From the IMG/VR virus record IMGVR_UViG_3300029288_001928, positions 32,001 to 96,000 of that record: DNA of 64,000 bases, one strand, 5' to 3'. The notes beneath the pieces were generated by a model. That model did no database searches. It was not told the DNA's origin and saw nothing but the letters and a program-made list of their open reading frames with translations. Position numbers and translations under genes: made by a program. Shown here piece by piece: positions 57,843 to 64,000 of this stretch. The DNA comes from a virus. Its lineage: Duplodnaviria; Caudoviricetes. Every line of letters begins with the position of its first letter. The stretch's first letter is position 1.

Positions 57843-58814
57843 ATGAATAAAAAATTTTGGATTATAACACATTGTGATTTAGATGGAGGATCATCAGCGA
57901 TTTGTATAATAAATTATATAAAACAAAAATATGGTAGAAATTCTGAAATAAAACTAGCATTTAAAACATATAAAAATATAAATGAATTTGTTGAACGGAT
58001 ATTAGAAACTGCAGATCAATATGAAAAAATTTTTATATCTGATATTTCTGTATCAGAATACATTGCAGATGGATTTCCGGATAACATAATTTTATTAGAT
58101 CATCATGATACCGCAAAAAATCTTATAAAGTATAAAAATTGTATAGTAGATGTGTCAGGAAAAGAATGTGGTGCATCTTTATGTTACTATCATCTTCTTA
58201 AAAAAGAAGGATTTAAATATGATCATTTAACACAGTTAGTTGCAATAACAAGAACTTATGATTTATGGATTAATAATTCTCTGACTCATGTATCAAAAAA
58301 TTTAAATTTCATATTTTATGATTATTGGGGTGATAAATTTTGCGAAAGATTTGAAAATGGATTTGATGGGTTTAATGATTATGAAAAGAAATTTTTAAAA
58401 GAAAGATGGGATGGTGTATTAAGACAACAAAAAGAGGCAGTTTTAATAGATTTATTGGACAATGAAGTAAATAAAAAATTAAAAAATAAATTATGTCTAT
58501 ATATAACGGAAGAAAAACATCTTAAATCTGGTGATAATAATGAGTTATGTGATTATGTTTTAAACACATTAAATTATGAAGCAATTATTTGTGTTATACC
58601 TAGAAGAAACCAATTAAGTATAAGAATAAAACCAACATTAGCAGAAAAAGGAATTCATGTAGGCAAATTATGTGAAGAATTCCATAAAGTTTATGAATAT
58701 ACATCAAATGGTGGTGGGCATGCTGCTGCAGGTGGGGCACATTATGAGGATGAAAATAAACTTGAATTATTATGTGATAAATTTGCGGAGAAAATTTGTC
58801 CATTTATAATATAA
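57843..58814 (+). CDS. DHH/DHHA1 phosphoesterase (NrnB-like nanoRNase)
   Basis: THCDLDG, SD, LLDHH, GGGHAAAGG. Confidence 0.85.
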   Translation: MNKKFWIITHCDLDGGSSAICIINYIKQKYGRNSEIKLAFKTYKNINEFVERILETADQYEKIFISDISVSEYIADGFPDNIILLDHHDTAKNLIKYKNCIVDVSGKECGASLCYYHLLKKEGFKYDHLTQLVAITRTYDLWINNSLTHVSKNLNFIFYDYWGDKFCERFENGFDGFNDYEKKFLKERWDGVLRQQKEAVLIDLLDNEVNKKLKNKLCLYITEEKHLKSGDNNELCDYVLNTLNYEAIICVIPRRNQLSIRIKPTLAEKGIHVGKLCEEFHKVYEYTSNGGGHAAAGGAHYEDENKLELLCDKFAEKICPFII

Positions 58815-58821
58815 TATAAAT

Positions 58822-59043
58822 ATGAAAAAATTATTAAGAGAAGATTTTTTTGGTCATGAAAAAGTTATTAAAGTAGCTTCACTTATTAATAAAAAGACCA
58901 AACAACATATTAATTATTTAAATATACATGATAAAGAAATAATTAAAATATTAGTAGCTAATGAAGATTGGTTAGATTTTGTTGGTATATCTTTGAAAAT
59001 AAAAGATAAAAAAACAATAATACTTAGATGGGAAATAATATGA
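58822..59043 (+). CDS. Hypothetical protein
   Basis: ORF. Confidence 0.4.
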   Translation: MKKLLREDFFGHEKVIKVASLINKKTKQHINYLNIHDKEIIKILVANEDWLDFVGISLKIKDKKTIILRWEII

Positions 59044-59501
59044 AACAATTAATACCACCATTTATTTCTAAAAAATACAAAATAATTGATAATGGATTTT
59101 TTATGCATGGCAAAGTCCATGTTAATTCAGTAAATGATCTTTCTGAACAAGAAATAGAAGAAATAGAATCAATTATAAATAACAAAATAAAACTTGCACC
59201 AAAAATAACAGAAGAAACTTTTAAAAAGAGATTTTCTGAAAAATATAATGAGGTATCTATGGAAGAAATTACCCCTAGTAAATTTACACCAAACGAAAAG
59301 TTTGTCGATTTTTCAACAGAAGAATTATATAATGAAATTAAAATTAGATCATTGAGACAAAAATCAGAAGCAATTATAAATATTACACAAGACGGAAAAG
59401 TGTCATTTACAAATTTAAAAATAAACTGGCCGGTTGGGCAATTTAAAGTCGAAATCACTGCAGTTGATGAAATTCGTTCAGAAACAAAGGAAACAAAATA
59501 A
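59040..59501 (+). CDS. Hypothetical protein
   Basis: ORF overlapping its neighbours. Confidence 0.5.
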   Translation: MKQLIPPFISKKYKIIDNGFFMHGKVHVNSVNDLSEQEIEEIESIINNKIKLAPKITEETFKKRFSEKYNEVSMEEITPSKFTPNEKFVDFSTEELYNEIKIRSLRQKSEAIINITQDGKVSFTNLKINWPVGQFKVEITAVDEIRSETKETK

Positions 59502-59785
59502 TGGAATCCGATATTAGACTACCATTAGATCTTCTTTTGTGTAATGATGTAGATTCATTAGAGGAAGCATTAATATCTAAATATGCAGTTGAATTTGAAT
59601 GTGAAATATTCTTTTGTAAGAATAAATCAGATTTAAAAGCTATGTTAGAAGAATATGGAGATAACGCAAATTGGTATCCGATTGATGAGATTGAGAATGA
59701 TAGAATTAAAGCTATTATTGATTTACTTAATCTTTCAGAAGAAAATGGTGTTTTAGGTCATATTTTAGATAGAATTGTTCGGTAA
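59501..59785 (+). CDS. Hypothetical protein
   Basis: ORF with RBS. Confidence 0.5.
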   Translation: MESDIRLPLDLLLCNDVDSLEEALISKYAVEFECEIFFCKNKSDLKAMLEEYGDNANWYPIDEIENDRIKAIIDLLNLSEENGVLGHILDRIVR

Positions 59786-59852
59786 ATTTATAATATTCTT
59801 AAAAGTTGGAATAAATATAAATACTGATGTATTTATATTCTGAGGAAATAAT

Positions 59853-62800
59853 ATGCCAGGATTTGTAAAAACAGCAGCAGATGAAAAAGTTTGGTCAAAA
59901 GCTAAAAATATAGCAAAAGATCGTGGATTGTCTGGCGATTCAATGTATGCTTATGCAAATGCTGTTTTTCACAAAATGAAAGAATCAATAGAATTAACAG
60001 AAAATGATTTAAATTTATTACAAGAAAAAATAGATGTATATTCACAAATAGATTATCCTATAAAATCATTAAATGAAGAAGAAATATGGCATATAATGAA
60101 TGCTATAATGACAGAATGTGAACATTTTAATAAAAAATTAGAAGAAGAAAATAGATATCTTGTATTAGAATACTTATTTAATAATTATAAGACTACTATA
60201 AATGAAAATGATTATTCTAGAATAAAAGAATATGTAGAAGGAATGGTAATTCCTAATGCAAAATGTTCATATAATGATAAAGAAATACAATATGGTGTAA
60301 TTTCAGAAGACTATATTAGTGGTGGATATGGTGGTGTTGCATCTAATGATTATGGTATTGGTGGAACTGGATACTATGGGGCAAATAATAGACGTAGTGG
60401 TTTTGGTGGACCCCGTGGTGGTGGTCAAATGTCTCGTAGAGCAACAGGAAATCCTGATAGAGTAATTACTGCCGCAATAGGTGATGAACCAGTAGAAGTA
60501 AATATAGAACCAAAACAAAGTAATTATAAGCCATGGGAAGTACAATTAACACCAAATGGCGAAAAAGTTAATAATATAGAAAGAAATAAAGTTCAAAATG
60601 ATATAGATGATGAATGGAATAGTGAATTGGGTGCAATGATACAAGGATTGGAATATATTGGGTTAAATTTAAATGAATTGGAAGATATGAGTCAAGAGCA
60701 AATAGAAGATTTGATGATTAAAAAATTGAAAAAGGTTGGACAAGATTTTCAAAAAGAAATGGGTACACAATTAACGGAAGATATGAATATTCCAGATAAA
60801 ATTACTGCTCTATTTGAAGATGATATAGAAACATTAGAAGAAAAACTACAAAAACATTCTAGAATACAAGATGCAAGAGAAGTATTATCTACAAAACATC
60901 AAGTACATAAGGCAATAGAAAAAAATAAAGATAGAGCATATGTTATAGATCAATATGGTGTTGAAAAATTAATGAAACAATATGGCTATGTATATGATGA
61001 TAATAATCTAAAATGGTTAAAGAAAGCACATTCTCCATCACCAGAAGATGTAAAACCAAAATCATCTACTGATACAAAACCTACTGATATTAAAGCACCA
61101 AAAAATTTACCAGACGAAGATAAAGAAAAAATATCAAAACCAGAAGATTTTAATGTTGTTGGTGATGTTCCAGAAAAACAATCATCTGAAACAACAGATG
61201 GTTTAGAAAAATTAGAACCAACAGAAAAAGATTATAATAAATTTAAAACAATTAAAGATCCTGTAACATTAGAATCTAAATTAAAGCCGTTAATGGCCAG
61301 ATTTATTATTTCTTTAAGCCAAGAGTCTAAGGAACCTTCTGAATTTGAATTGAAAGACAATGGTTTACTAGTTCCAAAGATTGAAGATAAAGAAGTATTA
61401 TTAAAAATGCATGATAGAAAATTGGAATGGAATGGAGAAAAAGATATTTGGGTTGATGATACAAACACGTTACCAGAAATAATTTTTAATTCTGGTGATT
61501 CAAGACAATCTTTATTGGCTAGATCGTATCTTGCATCTATGGGAGAAATTGCTGCAATTCAATTTGATATGGAACACAATCCATTATTTTCAGCAGAAGA
61601 ATCAAATAATAGAATGGAATCACATGGATATGTCTGGAATGGAGAAGTTAATAAGTGGTTGTATAATCAAAAAGATTTAGCAGAATCTTTAAATGAAAGT
61701 GTATTATATGAACAAGAACCTAAAAAACCAGAAATAAAATTAGCAATTCCTGATAATAAAGCAGAAGAATTACAAGCAAGATTTTTATATAGAGCAATAC
61801 AATTAAAAGCATTAGAAAATGTTCCAGATTGGCAAAAACCAAAAATTGATGCAATAAAAGATCAAATTATTGATCCTACATTAGATTTAAAATCATTAAA
61901 TATTAATATTATTGAAAAACTTCTTACTGGAAAAGGTTCTGCTGTAAATGATAATACATCAGATAAAAATAATAATGAAACTAAAAAAGTTGAAGAAACA
62001 TTAATATCTCGTATGAAACAATTGTTTTCGGAACAAGATGATGAATTAACTCTTTCTGGGGATGAAGAGAATGATCCTGCTGATGAACTTTCTATTCAAG
62101 GAGATCCAGAAGAGGATAAAAATGAACCAGCCGGAAATACTACATGGGATATGGAAAACGATGATTCTGATCTAAGTAAAGTATTATTGGATAATAAGAA
62201 TAATATAGTTCCTAATGAAATATATGAATGGAATGATAATTTACATTTCTGGGTTGAAGGAAGAGGATCAAAAGCATTTCCCTCTGTATTAGAAGATAAA
62301 GGCGAAAATATACAATCATTTACTGGTCGAGCAATAATAGCACAAAAAGATTTACGGGCAATCCAGTTTGAAGAAAGTGGTATGCCATTAATGGATAAAG
62401 ATAGAGTTTTAAGAATATTAAAACAAAATGATATTAAATGGTCGGATAAAAGAAATATTTGGTTTACTGGAACAGAAATTGATGAGGAAGATATTCAAGA
62501 AGAATTAAATGAATTGGAAAATCTACTTAAAAAGAATGATGATAAAATATTAAAAAGATATAATAATGGTACAGCATTTAATGGTGATATAATACCCATT
62601 ACAGAATATACTGGATTGGTGAATGCTATTATTGCTAAAAAAATAATAGCTGGTGGAAAATTATCTGAAAAAGAATGGTACTATGCACCAGAAGGTAATG
62701 AGTTGGAAATTAAAAAGGGTGAAGATAGAAGAGAAAAAGAAAGAAATATATTTAAAGAAAAATATGATATAAGAAAAGAGAAAATAGAAGATGAAAATGT

Positions 62801-63134
62801 TGAACCAGAATTAACACACAAAATAACTATTAAACCAAAAGTTAAATTGGGTAATATTTTAAAGAAGAAATTAATGGCAGGATTGAAAAATGTTACAAAA
62901 GGACTATTAAAAGCATCTCTTGGTACGGCAGGAAACTTAATAAAAACTGGTGCAATGATTTTAGCAGCATCACAAGGATATCAAGGTCCATTTATGTTTA
63001 TGCCATTTGGAAAAGATTCATATAAAAAGATATGGAACTTTATGTATGCTAATAAACAAGCAACATCATTAGATAAAGAATTGAGAAGAAAAGGGTCGTC
63101 TAATATGTCGTCACAAAAAAATAAGACAAATTAA
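59853..63134 (+). CDS. Large acidic late protein with a ChaB-like N-terminus and internal aromatic repeats
   Basis: EKVWSKAK.IA...YAYA.AVF.KM; repeated (Y/W)..W.....W units. Confidence 0.55.
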   Translation: MPGFVKTAADEKVWSKAKNIAKDRGLSGDSMYAYANAVFHKMKESIELTENDLNLLQEKIDVYSQIDYPIKSLNEEEIWHIMNAIMTECEHFNKKLEEENRYLVLEYLFNNYKTTINENDYSRIKEYVEGMVIPNAKCSYNDKEIQYGVISEDYISGGYGGVASNDYGIGGTGYYGANNRRSGFGGPRGGGQMSRRATGNPDRVITAAIGDEPVEVNIEPKQSNYKPWEVQLTPNGEKVNNIERNKVQNDIDDEWNSELGAMIQGLEYIGLNLNELEDMSQEQIEDLMIKKLKKVGQDFQKEMGTQLTEDMNIPDKITALFEDDIETLEEKLQKHSRIQDAREVLSTKHQVHKAIEKNKDRAYVIDQYGVEKLMKQYGYVYDDNNLKWLKKAHSPSPEDVKPKSSTDTKPTDIKAPKNLPDEDKEKISKPEDFNVVGDVPEKQSSETTDGLEKLEPTEKDYNKFKTIKDPVTLESKLKPLMARFIISLSQESKEPSEFELKDNGLLVPKIEDKEVLLKMHDRKLEWNGEKDIWVDDTNTLPEIIFNSGDSRQSLLARSYLASMGEIAAIQFDMEHNPLFSAEESNNRMESHGYVWNGEVNKWLYNQKDLAESLNESVLYEQEPKKPEIKLAIPDNKAEELQARFLYRAIQLKALENVPDWQKPKIDAIKDQIIDPTLDLKSLNINIIEKLLTGKGSAVNDNTSDKNNNETKKVEETLISRMKQLFSEQDDELTLSGDEENDPADELSIQGDPEEDKNEPAGNTTWDMENDDSDLSKVLLDNKNNIVPNEIYEWNDNLHFWVEGRGSKAFPSVLEDKGENIQSFTGRAIIAQKDLRAIQFEESGMPLMDKDRVLRILKQNDIKWSDKRNIWFTGTEIDEEDIQEELNELENLLKKNDDKILKRYNNGTAFNGDIIPITEYTGLVNAIIAKKIIAGGKLSEKEWYYAPEGNELEIKKGEDRREKERNIFKEKYDIRKEKIEDENVEPELTHKITIKPKVKLGNILKKKLMAGLKNVTKGLLKASLGTAGNLIKTGAMILAASQGYQGPFMFMPFGKDSYKKIWNFMYANKQATSLDKELRRKGSSNMSSQKNKTN

Positions 63135-64000
63135 ACTATCCACCCACCACCTAAACAATGTCTTGACCCATCAGTTAATTCATCAGAATATATTACAGCA
63201 GTTTGACCCTTATTGGCCTTTACGATTTTATCATTCACTAGCGTAATTATATTGCCGTTTATGGTACATTTATGCAAAGTACCACCATGCCGAACTCGTA
63301 CCCATCCGGCTGTAGGAATAATTGGTGAAATCCAATTTGGTCGTTCAATGTTAATGGTGTCTGTTAATAATGATTCTCGTGGCCCCACCACAAGCACATT
63401 ATTAATAACATCTATTTTAATAACAAACATTTTTACAGGTTTAAAAATTTCTAGTCTCTGACTTTGGCCAATTGTATATAAAACTGCCCCCTTGTGGCGA
63501 CCGATTATATTACCATCTAAATCTAATACATTTCCTGGGTTACAATAATCAGGTAAATGTCTCTTTAAAAAATTACTATTTCCATCGGATATAAAACATA
63601 CATCCATTGATTCTTTTTTATTCCAATTTGGAAGATTTGAATCTTTACCAATATTTCGAACATATGGTTTAGTCATACCACCAATAGGAAATATGGTGTT
63701 AGATAATTGTTCCTGTGTCATTTGCCATAAAAAGAATGTCTGATCTTTTTTAAGATCATATGAAGTTTTCAACATGTAAAAATCATTTACCTGTTCAATT
63801 CTTGCATAATGACCAGTTGCAATCTTTTCACATCCTAACTTTTTTGCAAACTCCCACATATAATGCCACTTACAATGTGAGTTACAAATTGTACATGGAC
63901 TCGGAGTTTCACCATTTTTAAAAGAATTAATATAATATTTTACAACATCATTGTAAAATTGATCTGTTAAAGTATATAGATAATGAGGAAATCCCTTATC
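63131..64000 (-). CDS. mnmA: tRNA 2-thiouridylase MnmA (5' end outside the window)
   Basis: TPSPCTICN, IATGHYAR, KDQTFFL, KKESMDVCF, HKG...YTIGQ, GQTAVIY, LGGGWI. Confidence 0.92.
   Translation of the reverse strand, partial: DKGFPHYLYTLTDQFYNDVVKYYINSFKNGETPSPCTICNSHCKWHYMWEFAKKLGCEKIATGHYARIEQVNDFYMLKTSYDLKKDQTFFLWQMTQEQLSNTIFPIGGMTKPYVRNIGKDSNLPNWNKKESMDVCFISDGNSNFLKRHLPDYCNPGNVLDLDGNIIGRHKGAVLYTIGQSQRLEIFKPVKMFVIKIDVINNVLVVGPRESLLTDTINIERPNWISPIIPTAGWVRVRHGGTLHKCTINGNIITLVNDKIVKANKGQTAVIYSDELTDGSRHCLGGGWIV

Noticed and set aside
1-64000. Stop-codon reassignment or suppressor tRNAs
   Set aside because: Genes are full length in code 11 and no CTA, TTA or TCA anticodon tRNA was found. Leu(TAG), Leu(TAA) and Ser(TGA) are ordinary anticodons.

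Overview
AT-rich segment of a large T4-like (contractile-tail) bacteriophage genome. 1-16 kb: morphogenesis genes, including a terminase large subunit broken into two genes by an atypically split intein with a free-standing endonuclease between the halves, then tail sheath, tail tube, baseplate and two paralogous tape-measure-like proteins. 16-31 kb: probable virion-internal proteins and accessory enzymes (WGR-PARP, patatin, RecQ, gp3-like tail completion). 25.5-40.5 kb: two tRNA arrays with about 33 tRNAs covering all 20 amino acids, many atypical (8/4 folds, D-armless Tyr, short-arm Leu, an Asn with a group I intron inside the anticodon, a Trp split by a TnpB element). Five Y-RNA-like genes lie among the tRNAs, two with a circularly permuted tRNA-like domain and three minimal. 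Their likely partner, a Ro60/TROVE gene, is at 46.4-48.1 kb. The window also encodes bS21, IF3, a CCA-adding enzyme, MnmA and a DHH nuclease. The main tRNA array is preceded by a short codon-diverse leader ORF whose stop codon overlaps an antiterminator, which suggests a ribosome-stalling attenuator that turns on phage tRNAs when host tRNAs are depleted. All calls come from manual reading of the sequence; no searches or folding programs were run.
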